In this document: positions 1 through 13,808 of the stretch, in pieces
Numbering within the stretch: the first letter of the stretch is position 1
How the letters are laid out: every line of letters begins with the position of its first letter
NCBI GenBank assembly: GCA_020137815.1
Contig: CM035353.1
Location: 868,001 to 932,000 of the forward strand
Direction of reading: 5' to 3'
DNA length: 64,000 nucleotides
Origin: Hormiphora californensis
Lineage: Eukaryota; Animalia; Ctenophora
Made by a program: the position numbers and the translations under genes
Notes under the pieces: generated by a model
What the model was told of the DNA's origin: nothing
Databases searched by the model: none
Seen by the model: only the letters and a program-made list of their open reading frames with translations

Positions 1-81
1 GACCTGAGAAAGAGAGATGATGGTTGCCGCTACATCCGACCTGAGAAAGAGAGGTGATGGTTGTCGCTACATCCGACCTGA
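1..81. repeat. ~37-bp tandem repeat, truncated by window edge
   Basis: gacctgagaaagagag.tgatggttg.cgctacatcc occurs twice plus the start of a third copy. Confidence 0.8.
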
Positions 82-777
82 TATATGAACTCTTGGTATA
101 TGAAATTACCCCTCTGTTATGCAATATGAACTCACTGTGAACACTTGATTTGAGCTGTAACCCACTCAAAAAGCGAACACAGGGTCAGCCGGCTTTAAGA
201 ATATTACGCTTGATGCAGTGGGTATCTCCAGGATGTCCAGGGTACCCCCTCCATTAGGGATCACTGAGATCGTGTTTAGTTTTGGATATTTTACGATTGA
301 TTGAGGCGAGTTATATCATTCAGAGCTGCATCTCATAATGAATGATAAATCGTGAGGGGGAAAGACGCGACATAGGGGAAGCTGGTTTTAATATTTCGAC
401 TAACGGAATTATAGATTTATATAAAAACCTCGTCTGACATCTTTCAATCAGCTGCAATGTCTCGTTCCAAATATATAATTCCCAATTCATTCCCCCTCTT
501 CAATCATTGGTTGAACCGTTGACAATACCCCGGTGGAGTGGTGGTGGTGCAGTAGCTTGTCTGACACCCCGCGATTTACTTAACGTTTAAGGAGAAAGAG
601 ATTTAAGAGCGAAAAGTGAAGGATTAGAAGTCGTTGCTCTCCCCCCCCCCCACTAAAGGTACTATTGACTGCTCTGTTTCCCTCTCTCCCACCCCCTGCT
701 TCTCAATCCTAATTGATATTCCGTCTGCAATTTGAAAGAAAAAGCCTGGGAGAGAGGGGGAGAGAGAGAGAGAGAGT

Positions 778-874
<97 letters not shown>

Positions 875-1449
875 GAGAGAGAAGAGAGAGAGAGAGAGGA
901 GAGAGAGAGAGGAGAGAAAGAGAGAGTGAGAGAAAGAGAGAGTGAGAGAAAGAGAGAGAGAGGGGGGGGACTGAGTGAGATCACATGGATGGATCATTGT
1001 GACAGGACATGTCTGAAATTTAATCGGCGATTATCATTTGAAACATTGCCGTTCTCCCCCTTGACTAGTAAAGTTAAAATGGGCCTACAAGAAGGTATTT
1101 TGAAATCATAGAGCATGTAACAGCGTCACACAACAGATCATTTGCCTGGACCGCTCGAAATGAACAATCACAATGTTGCAGGGTGGGGAACACGTGTTTT
1201 ACCTGTTTCCCTGCAGTCCAGTCACAACTGTCAGAACATTTGAAAAGGGGAACAAGCACACGCCAATAGGGGCGTGGTTCATGGGTAATTGCAATTACAA
1301 AAACATGTGGAAATCATGGATACACGAGGTGATTAAAATTCCCCCTTTGCAGTAATGCAGTACCAGTAGCATGCATGAGAAACACAATTGTATTTTGGTT
1401 CGTGCCACTCCCCGGGCTTCTCTCTCTCCCTCTCTCTCTCTCTCCCTCC

Positions 1450-1510
<61 letters not shown>

Positions 1511-1518
1511 CCTCTCCC

Positions 1519-1551
<33 letters not shown>

Positions 1552-1737
1552 TCTCTTCTCTTTCTCTCTCTCTCTCTCTCACTCTCTCTCGTCTCCTCCT
1601 CTTCGCCTCGCTCTCTCTCTCTCTCTCTCTCTCTTCTATCTCTCTCTCCTCTCTCTCTCTCTCCCCTCTCTCTCTCTCTCTCTCTCTCTCTTGCTCTCTC
1701 TCCTCTCTGCTCTCGCTCGTTCTGCTCTCTCTTCTCT

Positions 1738-1802
<65 letters not shown>

Positions 1803-2799
1803 TCCCCCCTCTATCTCTCTCTGTCCCCCTCTGCAGCAGCAGCAGTATCCCTTGCCAATACTGCTAGTGCTCTCACTCCACGCGCGTGACCACGTGACCG
1901 TAAAAGGCGCGCTCTGATTGGCTGTTGTTGCGTGCCCCCGTGACCGACCTCTCACGCGCTCCTCTACGAAAGGCACGTGTTAAGACAGAGCATTCACACA
2001 TCCCTCAATCACCCCTTCATTCCCCCTCACTCCGCTGAGGGGACGTTTGGTGGAGGAGGGTGTCAAAACCATTTTGCCTGCTTTTTATATACCATTTCTA
2101 GTATGCATGATTTTTCATTCGTACAGTTTTGAATTTTGAGTTGCTATAGTAGACATGACGGGGGCATCTTCTCGACTCCCGCTTTCCATACCCGACAGAA
2201 TCTTGACGCTATCTGGAATGTGCGTGTCACTATCACCCATAATGTTATAGTATAGCTACTATATTTTAGGATTTGGAATTTTATACCGATGAGTAGCAGA
2301 TTTCAAGGTTAAATCATGCACTATTTCGAATTTCATATTTTATACAATTGCCAGCAAATGAATGGAATTCGTACATGCAATTCTTTTCCGAATTTCGCAT
2401 ATTTTAAGCATATTTCAAGCAAATTTGGTTCCTTCTTGTGGGGGTGTATTTAAATAGATTGAGATTCTCTTTTTTCATAATATTTTCTACTACTTAAAAA
2501 ACACTACCTAACTTCATGGCGATGCTGCACTGCTTAGCTTTTTACGATTTTATCTTCTTCTTCTTCTTGGAGGCCGTCTCCATTGGTTGAGATTTTTTAT
2601 CATAGTTTGAAAATAGGCTCCTTCTTTCTTTCTAAACCTAACAAGGTTGAGGACCGCCTCAAAAATTTCAAAAAGTAAAAAGCTACTCTTCTATTCGAAT
2701 CTTGTTATATGGAACAAGATTCCAAAAGTTATAAAATTAATGCTATCCTCGCGTCGTTCTGCAGTCCTATACTCCTTTTGGCTGATTTCAGTTCGATTT

Positions 2800-3317
2800 C
2801 CCACATCTCTGGCCACTACACCCCTGGCCACTACAACTCTGGTTACTACAATTCTGGCTATAGTAGCCACAGTTGTACACAACTCTCACTATTAGGGGTG
2901 CAACTCTGGCTATATTACGAAATTCCACCGATGGAGGAAATATAACGCCGTATTACATGTTATTTTTATATCGTTGTCAGGGACGTAATTCGAGGTCGTT
3001 GCCTGAAAAAGCTCATCAGTCATCACACAAGTAAACAATTTTGTATATGTAGTACCCATTTTAACTGTAATGTAAAAAGAGGCCCGTCTTTTGTCCATAG
3101 ATTCGAGCTGGGTCATGGGTAAATTGAGGCTTCCTATTTTTTATCGTGAAACATTAAGAACAAGTATAATATGACAAAGTCATGATGGATCGTTTGAACT
3201 GTGGCTACTGGCTAACGTCGTAGTAGCCAGAGTTATAGTAGCCACTAGTCAGAGCTGTTATAGTAGTAGCCAGAGTTGTAGAAGCCACTAGCCTGTAGTA
3301 GTAGCCAGAGATCTGGG
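2800..3317. mobile_element. Foldback/MITE-like element with tandem subterminal repeats
   Basis: cccacatctctggc ... gccagagatctggg ends; ctggc.actac subrepeats on the left are mirrored by gtagtagccag on the right; no TSD seen. Confidence 0.55.
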
Positions 3318-3362
3318 TCACCTTTCACTTCATCTCATTAAATCTGAACATCTAACTGAATT

Positions 3363-3402
3363 CCACTGAAGAGATCCATCTAGGATCGAAACATTTGCTT
3401 GG
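3363..3402 (+). ncRNA. Degenerate minimal type I hammerhead ribozyme motif (copy of 42146-42185)
   Basis: cca-CTGAAGA-GATCC/GGATC-GAAAC-attt-GCT-tgg; the NUH triplet is mutated (GCT). Confidence 0.5.
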
Positions 3403-3465
3403 TAAAACCAACTTGTTTTAATTTGTTTGCATATAACTGAATATGAAACTACGCAATAGTTATAC

Positions 3466-3574
3466 TAGGAACCGACCGAAACAAGTAAACAACCAATCAG
3501 AACTTGCTATTTAGGTCACGTGACTGGATATCAGCCAATCAGGGACCAGTATTTCCTGATTCGGTCGGTTCCTG
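3466..3574 (+). mobile_element. 109-bp MITE, 8-bp TSD (hAT-like)
   Basis: TIR (c/t)aggaaccgaccga...tcggtcggttcctg; TSD agttatac at 3458-3465 and 3575-3582. Confidence 0.9.
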
Positions 3575-3609
3575 AGTTATACTATATCCGTCTTTGGATA
3601 TTATCCATA

Positions 3610-3725
3610 AAGTCGGACCCCGATTTAACGGCACCCTCGGGGGAAAGAGTTTCGTCCGTTAAATCGGGGTGTCCGCTAAATCGGGGTCAAACACTGTTAA
3701 TTTCATATGTCGGGGGAAGATTGTC
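3610..3725 (+). mobile_element. Fragment of a non-autonomous DNA transposon end
   Basis: gtcggaccccgatttaacgg with inverted subrepeats aaatcggggt; a related ccccgattt motif lies near 37895. Confidence 0.45.
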
Positions 3726-3838
3726 CTACTAGTTAACTACTAGTTAACTACTAGTTATACTATATCCAAGATTAAACCAATTCCTCGGATCAAGTGAACA
3801 GCTGGGAAAATTTATTCGCTGTGAAGAAAGTTTCCCAG

Positions 3839-3947
3839 CAGGAACCGACCGACACAAGTAAACAACCAATCAGAACTCGTTATTTAGGTCACGTGACTAG
3901 TTATCAGCCAATCAGGGACCAGTATTTCCTGATTCGGTAGGTTCCTG
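3839..3947 (+). mobile_element. 109-bp MITE, 8-bp TSD (hAT-like)
   Basis: Same family as 3466-3574; TSD tttcccag at 3831-3838 and 3948-3955. Confidence 0.9.
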
Positions 3948-4683
3948 TTTCCCAGCTGTTATTATTTTAGTCATACTTCAACTACTACTACAGCTAGCTG
4001 TTGTAATTTAAAAAAACAGCTTGAGCTGAACCAGAAAGCTATGTGCCTAATATTATATTCATACTGAAATTTATTTCAGTTTTTCAAACTTATCTTTAAC
4101 TTGATACATTATACTGTTAAGCTGTACCAACCATCACTCGTGAAATTGTCGCACCCCTATAATAAATGAAAGATGAATACTACGTACTATAGTGCTCGAC
4201 CCTCTCTCACCCAGTCACCGCGGCCCTTACTTATGAACAACACCTCACAGCTTTGTCAGACACTGACTGTACATCGCGCAACCTCGCTACGCGGCCTCAC
4301 GTAGCCGCACCGGGCCTTCGGTCCGGTGCGAAGAGGAGGGTCTTATATGAGACAATCACAGCTCGGGTAAAGGTGTGGAACACACGTAACACTCTGTATC
4401 TGCTGGTGCAGGTAGTGTGTGTGTTCCACCTTTACCCGATTAGCTGTGAGGTGAGCTGTTCACTAACACGGCCTGTATCTGGTGCACCAGTAGACTAAGT
4501 GTTTCACTGTTGCAAAGGAGGGTTAGAACAAGTATCTGCTGCCCAGGCAGATGATGAACAACTAACTCACCTCACACATGTAACACATGTAACTCATGTA
4601 ACACCCTGTATGTAACTCATGTAACACCCTGCACTGTCTAGGTAGATTACAATGATTATAATGTTACATTACAATACAGGTAG

Positions 4684-5013
4684 ATGATGATTATGGAGCG
4701 AATGCAAGGTCTCCACAGGTGGAGTACAGTGGATGTGAAAACCTGGGCATCCACCGCCCTGGGGTCGGACATAGCGGAGTTGTTTGAAAGGGAAGAAATC
4801 ACCGGGGAGTGCCTATCTGAAATTAGGTAAATATCATCATGACAACCATCACATATTGTTTCGTCATTTCTTAATTTCACAATTAGAGCACTAATTTTTG
4901 GTTGGTTTATAAATTAATGTGTCTCAAACTAATTTTGAAAACTTGAAAAATGTAGATTTTGTAGTCGTATAAATGGATGTTCTCTCTCGCGCTCTGCCTC
5001 TCTATCTCTCTCT

Positions 5014-5109
<96 letters not shown>

Positions 5110-6197
5110 TTCTCACCTTCTCTCTTTATCCCAAATACAATACGATAAAAAAGGGGCGAGAATAACATGTGATATTTGACCTGTTATCGAGTCCCTTTGT
5201 TTCTCTCTACTATCCCTCTTTCTCAATTCTCTCTCGTTACTATATCCCTGTGCATTTATCGTTTCTTTGTACGTAATAGGCAGGTTAGAAAAGATATTTT
5301 CTCTCGTTATTTAATCGCGAGCTCACACGAAGTTAAATTCAAAAAATATTTGCCTCTTACAGGTAATTAATCTATTATACAGAAGAGAATAATGTCGAAT
5401 CGGAAATAGATTTTTCAAATATTTAAAACAAAGGTGTCCAAATTTCAAAATCCTTTGTCTTTTTTTCGCTTGGAATTTATGAAAAAGAAAAGAATCGGCG
5501 CTTCAAATCGAAAAAAAAATCATACCTCACCGCGTACTTTTTGAGAGAAGAATTTCCTTTATTTCTTTCCCTCCTTTAGTATTGAAGAACTGAAAGAGAT
5601 GGGAGTTCAGAAAATGGGGAGAAGACTGTTGGTTATGAAGAAGTTGAAGAGTCTAATGGGGGCAATAACCCGGGGCGGAGATCTGATGATTGATGAGGAC
5701 AAAATATCAGGTACAGCCCCCTTTTATTCAGATATTGTGTAGATGGGATAGGTGGTATTTCATGGGGGAAGGGGTAGGTTGGGAATTTTTGATAAGACCC
5801 ATTTTTGGGTAAGAGGGTATATGCGTTTCTGTGAAGAAAGAGATCCAGCCTAGTCTAGCTAGGCAACCATAACCTCTACTAGACATCAGGTGGACATTTG
5901 AGCATTTTGTTTTTGTCATTCAAGATTTCCTTCAAAGCCCATTACCTACCTCAAAACTACCGATTGCCATTCTACGTCCAAATTCCGAGAACTTTGTCTA
6001 GGAAGTATTCTGAAAATAGAATCCTAGTTTCCATAGGAACGCATTCTAAAAAGTGATTGTAATTATTTTTAGTAGCCATTTTGTCGCTCGCTTCGTCTTT
6101 TCATCTCCTTCTTTATCTCTTGTCCATTTCCGCCACTGGCCGATAATCCATGAGTGGAGACGATTACGCTAACAAGTAATTTCTTACGAACTTGAAA

Positions 6198-6279
<82 letters not shown>

Positions 6280-6900
6280 TGATAGGCCGCGAACAACGTG
6301 ATAATACCTTCCGGTTGTCCTTTCCCACCAACAACTAAAGAGAGAGAGGGAGTATTATAGTAGGCGGAATTAAGAAAAAGAAATAAAAAGTCCTGTGATC
6401 TAACGGTTCTCTCAAGGAGCTCAGCCTTCCCCTCTCTACTTTTACTCGCCTGATCATTAAAGCATCAATCGATCCTTCTCTCTCATGCACAGTGTGGGTG
6501 TGAGTTAATTGGGGGATAACTTTCTATTGGTCAGAGAAAAACTGAAAGTGCAAGAGAATAGTTGCCGTAGTAGCCCTGAGATTATACTATTGGCCAAGGC
6601 ACGTGGGGAAGTTGGAGAAACTAATTTTACAATAGATCATCTAGCTATTAAACAACCAATCAGAACTCGTTATTTAGGTCACGTGACTGGTTATCAGCCA
6701 ATCAGGGACCAGTATTTCCTGATTCGGTCGGTTCCTGCAATAGATCATTTTACTACTGGCGCCATGCGCCTTTAATAATAGAATCGGATCTGACCATTAG
6801 GTATTAACACCAGTTTATTTACAAGTCGTAGTCGGAGAAGGTCGAAGTGTGAAGGAGATAAAACAAGCTTGAGAGAGAGAAGAGAGAGAGAGAGAGAGGC

Positions 6901-6966
<66 letters not shown>

Positions 6967-8449
6967 GAGGGAAAAAGATAGAGATGGATAGAGAGAGAGA
7001 GAGGGAAAAAGATAGAGATGGATAGAGATTAGGTGAATGGGGTGGTCCTGTCATCGGCAAAGCTGTGTCTCTCACATTGTGTGTCATTGGATAGGTGACA
7101 ATTGGGTCAGAGAGGGAAAGGGATAGAGAGAGAGAGAGAGTGAGAGAGAGAGATAGCGAGAGGAGTTGGGCGAGTGGGCAATTTCATCCCGGTTAAAAGG
7201 CACCAGTTAGTTGATTCTTCAAGCACTGACCTTCAACCTCTGTCACAATTGTTCAATTGTTCCTCTCTCTCTCTCGCCATATCATTATATCTATCTCGTT
7301 CCCTCTCTCTTTCCCTCAACTCCATGTGTTCCCAAAATTCCTTTTCTTTCCTATTTTCCACGTTATATTCTTTGGAGCATTGGACAAAACAATAGCATAT
7401 AACATGCCGAATATATATCACAACCTTTCACAGAAAACATCTTGTTATCCCCCCCCCCTGTAAATAACCTAGCATCTAAACCCGGGTTTATTGATTACCT
7501 CGAGTCATATATATCAGCTCGAATTATTATTACCATTTTACTGCACGTTCAGTTCATACTAGTATGTTTATTGGACACAGTGAGACTACCTGGATTATGA
7601 TTGTTATTAGGATCAACCATAATCTACGATGTATAACGTCATCGGACGGCCTCATCGATCGAGAAATAGCCACGTGTAGTGCAAAAAACATCATTTAAAG
7701 CATGTGAATTGTTATCCTAACGAGACTCTAAGAATAGTCCAGCGATATACATCATTTGTTTAGTCTCAAATTCAATTAACAGTGAGAACTTTTTTCCTTT
7801 TTTTTTCGACGTCAGCGCGGCTATTTCTCGAACCATGTGAGAACTTTAAATTATGTTTGATTTGGCTGAGTATCCTTTGGTTTTAAACATGCTGGGAGAA
7901 CTCCGAGGTATATATTGTGAGACGAAGAAGAAGGAAGGATAGACAACCTGAGAGAGAGAGATAGAGAAAGAGAGTGGGAGAGATGTTGTCCTGGGTACCT
8001 GACACACAGGCACGCTTACGTTAAACTCTCGGTGTGTGAAAATTCGGCCAAGTTTAAACATTGCGCTGCCTACCCCATGGTAACTGAAATCCCAACCCTC
8101 CTTTCTCTCTGTCTAACTATCTTCCTCTCTCTCTTTCTGTCTCTCATCTGCAGCAGCTGAGTCAGCATGTACCCATATAAAGGGTTCATTTTGTCTGTGA
8201 GAACATATGCTCCCTCTCTCTCTCCGCTCTTCCTATCTATCTATCTATCTCGCCCTCACTCCATCACTCCCCGATATTAGAAGCCTGTCTAAAGACTGCC
8301 CAGATGAACCTACCTTTTCACGGCAGACACTGCTCCAGATCTCTCTCTCTCTCTCTCATCATCTCTCTCCTCTGGCTCGTCTCTCTCTCGTCTCTCTCAT
8401 CCTCTCTCTCTCCGTCTCTCTCTTCTCATCCTCATCTCTCTCGCTCTCT

Positions 8450-8487
<38 letters not shown>

Positions 8488-8590
8488 CGTATGGGTCTCT
8501 CTCTCTCAACTCTCTCTCTCGTCTCTCTCCTCCTCTCTCTCTCTCTCACACACCCTAGGATGTCGAACACATGGACGTGAGGACAAGTAG
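4684..8590 (+). CDS. Small SAM (sterile alpha motif) domain protein, spliced
   Basis: Exons 4684-4826 (WSTVDVKTW..IAELFEREEITGECL) and 5580-5710 (IEELKEMGVQKMGRRLLVMKKL) join in phase with GT-AG; the putative last exon 8559-8590 (GCRTHGREDK*) is phase-compatible but uncertain. Confidence 0.7.
6649..6737 (+). mobile_element. 5'-truncated copy of the 109-bp MITE
   Basis: Internal sequence and right TIR match the full copies. Confidence 0.85.
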
Positions 8591-8907
8591 AAGCCTCTAA
8601 TCTCCAACTACTATAATACACCCCAAGATCAGTCATCGCTCTCCAATTTTCACTTAGTTCCCCAGGCTCTCGTCTCTCTGATCTCCCTCTCTGATCTCTC
8701 CCTCTCTGATCTCCCTCTCTGATCTCTCCCTCTTCAAAATACATCATCTCTTGAGAGAGCTGTCTCTTCCCCAAGTGTGATTCTCATCCGCTCTATGCCT
8801 AAGTAGGCTTCCCCTCCTACTGCCAGTTGTTATACCCCTCCTCCCTGGATGTATGTGTGTGAGGGAAGGAGAGAGAGGGAGAGGGAGAGCTAGAGAGAGG
8901 AGAGGAG

Positions 8908-8978
<71 letters not shown>

Positions 8979-9018
8979 GAGAGAGACGAGAGAGAGAGAG
9001 ATGAGGAGAGAGGAGAAG

Positions 9019-9101
<83 letters not shown>

Positions 9102-9187
9102 CCCTGCCACAGAACTACGGAAGTTTCATCTGTTCCGACCGGTAGCACAAAACTCATCTAAGTCATGGAGTCTCAATTTTCTCTCTA

Positions 9188-9953
9188 GGGTAAGCTGGGG
9201 TAAATGGCCCGCGGTTAAAAGGTTGGGCCCATGGTATGGGGCACGAACGTGGCCCTAAGTTATTACATTGGTTCACGTGACTTTTTCTCCAGCGGAGTCA
9301 CCTGCTGTCGTTCTGTTCCGATTTTCTGCTTTAAAAAACTGCGTCATTTCTGTTTGGGTTGGCGATTTTTAATTTTTGCAAAAAACTGCCAGTTGGCCGT
9401 TTAATTCTCTAAAACGTGTATAACAATTTTTGAAGAAATTGGATTTTTGTTGTCTTAATTGTCAATTTTGTGAAAATCGGGGCAAATTGGGCCCACTCTC
9501 CGGGCAAAGTGTCGCGGTCTGGGGCAAGTGGCCACCTCTAGACCAATGAAATGGCGCCTGCAATACCACGTGATATGGAATGGACAAAAATGAGACAGAA
9601 CGATCAAATAGGCAAAGTGGCCATGTTCGGTGCAAACATGGGCCACTTTGCCCCTAGTTTGATCGTTTCGTCTAACAACACCAGCACGTGAATAAAATCC
9701 GAGCAATTGCTATTGGCTTGGGCCACTTTTTCCCGGTGCAAATTTTTCCAAAAAAACGCATCACCAAAACTTATTTGAATTGAATTAATAACCCATTAAA
9801 TAAACCTTGATATCATAAAGAAAAAAATTTTAGCTCGCTGAAAGGAAAAGGTTTCATTGGATAGCCTATCTAATTTTTTTCTTTCGCCTATATAAATTGG
9901 TATTTAGAACCTAAAACGCGTAAAAGTGGGCCAAATTTTACCCCAGCTTACCC
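9188..9953. mobile_element. Non-autonomous TIR element, TA TSD (Tc1/mariner-pogo type)
   Basis: ta|gggtaagctggggtaaa...tttaccccagcttaccc|ta; internal ggcaa.gtggcc subrepeats. Confidence 0.8.
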
Positions 9954-10176
9954 TATGCTACCCAGTAAATACCCACTTGCCCCCGCTTTTTTCAACTCGA
10001 GCAGATCACCAGCCCCTCAAATCTGACATGTTCAGTGGTTACCCAGTGCATGGTTGACGCGAGGGGGGATCATTATGATAACTAAGGGTGCTGAAATACC
10101 CCTCCCAAAGAACAGTGATAGAGACCAGTGTTCACCGGGGTGCCGTAAACAGTAATATTCCATCTATCTTTAATCT

Positions 10177-10249
<73 letters not shown>

Positions 10250-10553
10250 CCTCTCTCACTGTTGCACGTGCAAGTTATTTTGCTGTCACGTGAATATAGC
10301 TGAACGCGTTCCCAAGACACTTGTTGCACCTGTCAGGCCCTCATGTGGACTGAGAGAGAGAGAGATGGAAAGTGAGAAAAAGGAGAAACAGCTAATGAAA
10401 CAAGAGAATTAAGAATACTAAAACCATGATAGGTGGCAGGGAGGATGAAATTCGTCAATTAAAGCCAGCGCCACAATTAACCGTTCAATGTATGCTGCCC
10501 CACCATGTGAGAGAGAGAGAGAGAGAGAGATTGAGAGGGAGAGAGAGAGAGAG

Positions 10554-10585
<32 letters not shown>

Positions 10586-11195
10586 GAGAGAGGGGAGAGA
10601 GAGAGAGAGAGAGAGAGACGAGAGAGATAGAGAGGAGACGAGGAAACCGAGAGTGTATAAATCAGAAGGAATGTGTATCGTTCCGTTGTGTAAAGGCTAA
10701 CACAAGCCGTTATAAGCATCCCACGTGACATAATATGTGTAGCTTCGTTTAGACCAATCAAAACCAACACTCTCTTTCTATCTGTCTCTTTCTCTCCCTC
10801 CCTCTCTCTCTCTCTCTTTCTCTCCCTCCCTCCCTCTCTCTCTCTCTCTCTCCTCTCTCTCTCACTCTCTCTCATGGTACGACCAGGTTGTCGACTAAAC
10901 GCGCTTTCCTGAGTATACAGTGTTTACGATATTTCGTTAATTACCAAATTCCAAAATAAACCGCGACGCAGAAGAAGAAAGATGGATAATGCACGATGTA
11001 GCCATGTCGGGGTGCAGCAACCGCCCGGGAGACCGGGAAGGAAATATTATAATACAGGGGGGCAGGAGCTGGAGCAATCTTTTAGGTATGATTTCTTCTT
11101 ACCGGAGAGCCACCTCAAATTGCACCTCCCCCTTTCACCACTTTGAGTGCTGCTGGATCTGCTATTTCTTTCCCTAGCTTAAAAAAAGACTGTGA

Positions 11196-11230
<35 letters not shown>

Positions 11231-11409
11231 CTATCTCTCTCTATCGCTCTCTCTTCTTTCTCTCTCTTTCTCTCTCTCTCTCTCTTCCCGTCTCTCTCTC
11301 TGCTCTATACTCTCTCTCTCTTCTCTCATTCTCTCTTTTCTCTCTCTCTCTCTCTATCATCTCTCTATTCTTTCTCTCTCTCTCATCTCTCTCTCTCTCT
11401 ATCTCTCTC

Positions 11410-11450
<41 letters not shown>

Positions 11451-11779
11451 TCACACTGTGTGGGAAACGAGGTGCTATATCGCTGCTTGCGTTTTCAAGT
11501 CTGAAAAGCTTTTGACACACTTTGAAGGAGAATGGGGCAGATTCATGAGACCACCATCCTCTGCGAGAGCTTTGTATCTCTCCTAACACCTCCGCAAGCT
11601 TTCATTTCTCAAACTTGACTCCCCAATATAACTAATTGATGCACCAAAAGTCCTTACTTTCCCCAACCGCATTTTTCTCTCACGTTTTAACCCAAATTTA
11701 CGTGTTAACACGAATTCCTGAGGGGTTTCCCGGTTACCTTACCCCCCCTGGTTATCCCCGACTTAAACAAAGATGCAAA

Positions 11780-12285
11780 AGTAGGGGGAGACTAGAGGGG
11801 TGGTGGGGGGGGTGGGGGGGGGTTGGCTATCGTGGCTTAAGGGGCTTTCTAGTCCTTATTATAAAGTACAAATGCGTGGCGTGATGGTGATGATGACCTA
11901 TCCACACGTGCAAATGGTGGGGGTTGCCCTGGGAGGTGCACTGGGAGGGGTATTGGAGGGGGATACTGCACGTGCATGTTTTTTGTTGTTTGTTGCGTGT
12001 TCCTGTGTTGTTCCTGCGTTGTTTTGGGATCTACTGCTGAGGCCGCCATGATTACCAAAGCCTTTCTACCTACGTACCCCGTTGATTCTCTACACATGTC
12101 TACAATTCTACGGATCTTTATCACCTAATTCTACATGTTATTCAGCGGGATTTCCCTTGATGTTTATCACCAGCGCTCTACCACTACCAACCTCTTTACC
12201 CCGACATGGAGAGACAAAGAGTAAGAGGGGGAGACATAGAGACGGGTGGGGGGGGGCTATCGTAGGACTTCAATGGGCTTTCTAG
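11780..12285 (+). mobile_element. Tandem non-autonomous Helitron-like units
   Basis: Two similar 3' ends (ggctatcgt...gggctttCTAG|t at 11852 and 12285); the second unit starts TC at 11853 and has the gcacgtgca motif also seen in the Helitrons at 48.7 and 56.1 kb. Confidence 0.5.
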
Positions 12286-12673
12286 TTACATACATATGAG
12301 TCGTGTACGTGTACGTGTATAGACACCGTGTATAGACACCTAATGAGTATATGTGGCTCCGTTATTTAATATTTCCATTAGTTTACCTCAAAGAAAATTA
12401 GTTTTTATTTCGAGAAATTGAAAGCTGGAATCACAGGGTTAATAGCCGTAAGCCGTCACTGAGATAGAGGTATCAGCCGGGTAAATATGCAGTGACATGA
12501 ACTTGAGATTCATATGCACGACTGTTTTCACCGCTAACATTGTAACTTACATCCATCACCATCCTGTCAGAGCATTGGCCTGACAGTCACCATCTAGCAT
12601 TCAACGTACTAGCACGAAGAAAATCTGTAACCCTCTTCTTATAAAGTATTCGGCTGTTCATTCATCTCATAAT

Positions 12674-12782
12674 CAGGAACCGACCGACACAAGTAAGCAA
12701 CCAATGAGAACTCGTTATTTAGGTCACGTGACTGGTTATCAGCCAATCAGGGACCAGTATTTCCTGATTCGGTCGGTTCCTG
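12674..12782 (+). mobile_element. 109-bp MITE
   Basis: Full-length copy with both TIRs; TSD not clean. Confidence 0.85.
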
Positions 12783-12937
12783 ATTCATCTAGTAATCAGG
12801 AATTCCAGTCAGGACGGCTATTGTATAACAGGGGTTCAGCTGATCTCTACTATATATCTACTCAGGAACAATCCTTTATTCGCTGAAGTATAAGGTGATT
12901 GTATAAAGCCACGGGGTCAATCTGTGTCAATCAATTA

Positions 12938-13026
<89 letters not shown>

Positions 13027-13339
13027 TTCTTTCTCGGTGATCACTGTATACAACATCAATCAGATAGTTTAACACAATAGAAGGGCACACGTGCCCTATA
13101 CAATTGTGCTATGAAAATACCGTTTTGTTCACAATGAGAGAGAAAGAGAGAAAGATAGAAAGAGAGAAAGCCAGAGAGAGGGAGATCTCCAACAAGCAAT
13201 CGATAATGAATCGTAGTAATACAGTTTAGAGACAAAAGACGAGAGGAATCACGGAGGCAGAATAATCACAGAAAGAAATTGAGCGAGAGTGATAGAGAGT
13301 GATAGATGGCGAGAGAAAAATAACTGGCTGACTATCAAT

Positions 13340-13456
13340 AGAGAGTTTGTTGTACCTCTATACAATAATAATACTTTAATAAAGAAGTGTTAGGGCAGTT
13401 GTTTGGGTCCGCCTTGGGTTTAGATAAAGAGTCCGTTAGCACTAAAGTCCGCCTAT
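13340..13456 (-). mobile_element. Partial copy of the Mutator-like MITE at 53574-54153
   Basis: tttagataaagagtccgttagcact.aagtccgcc is the reverse complement of that element's left end. Confidence 0.7.
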
Positions 13457-13808
13457 CCGTGGGGGCATGGATAAGGGATTAAGGGGTGCAGTTGCTTGTG
13501 GTTTAGATTTTGTGGGGGACCGTTGACATAACGGTCCATCCTCCTAGGCTATCGGCTCTCACAACGGGCCGAAGGCGAGCCTAAGCGATTCAATGATTCA
13601 TCGAGCGATCATGACAGACTGGCAACCATCCTCCAACTGTGGATGTAAAGTCTGCCGGCTCTCACACATGCTGTAAGTGTGTATGTATTTGTGTGTGCAT
13701 GTGTGTTAATTGAGTGATTTCTCCAAATTCTGCCTAAAAGCCCTTCCTCATTAACAGCCCATTTCGGATGGAACACGTCTCGTATTCTTCTTACAGCTGC
13801 TGTGCAAT

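Larger units (their letters stand above)
750..13330. repeat. Dense field of (AG)n/(CT)n microsatellites
   Basis: Tracts at about 750-960, 1418-1820, 4980-5125, 6200-6277, 6870-7025, 8340-8548, 8870-9095, 10178-10258, 10510-10640, 11196-11448, 12940-13024; they generate the spurious SL/ER ORFs. Confidence 0.95.

Noticed and set aside
1878-1980. CpG-rich patch with E-box and CCAAT as promoter of the SAM gene
   Set aside because: Short motifs only, no TSS evidence, and the same motifs are common in local repeats
662-11589. Many SL-rich and ER-rich ORFs
   Set aside because: They are translations of (CT)n/(AG)n microsatellites and are open in several frames at once
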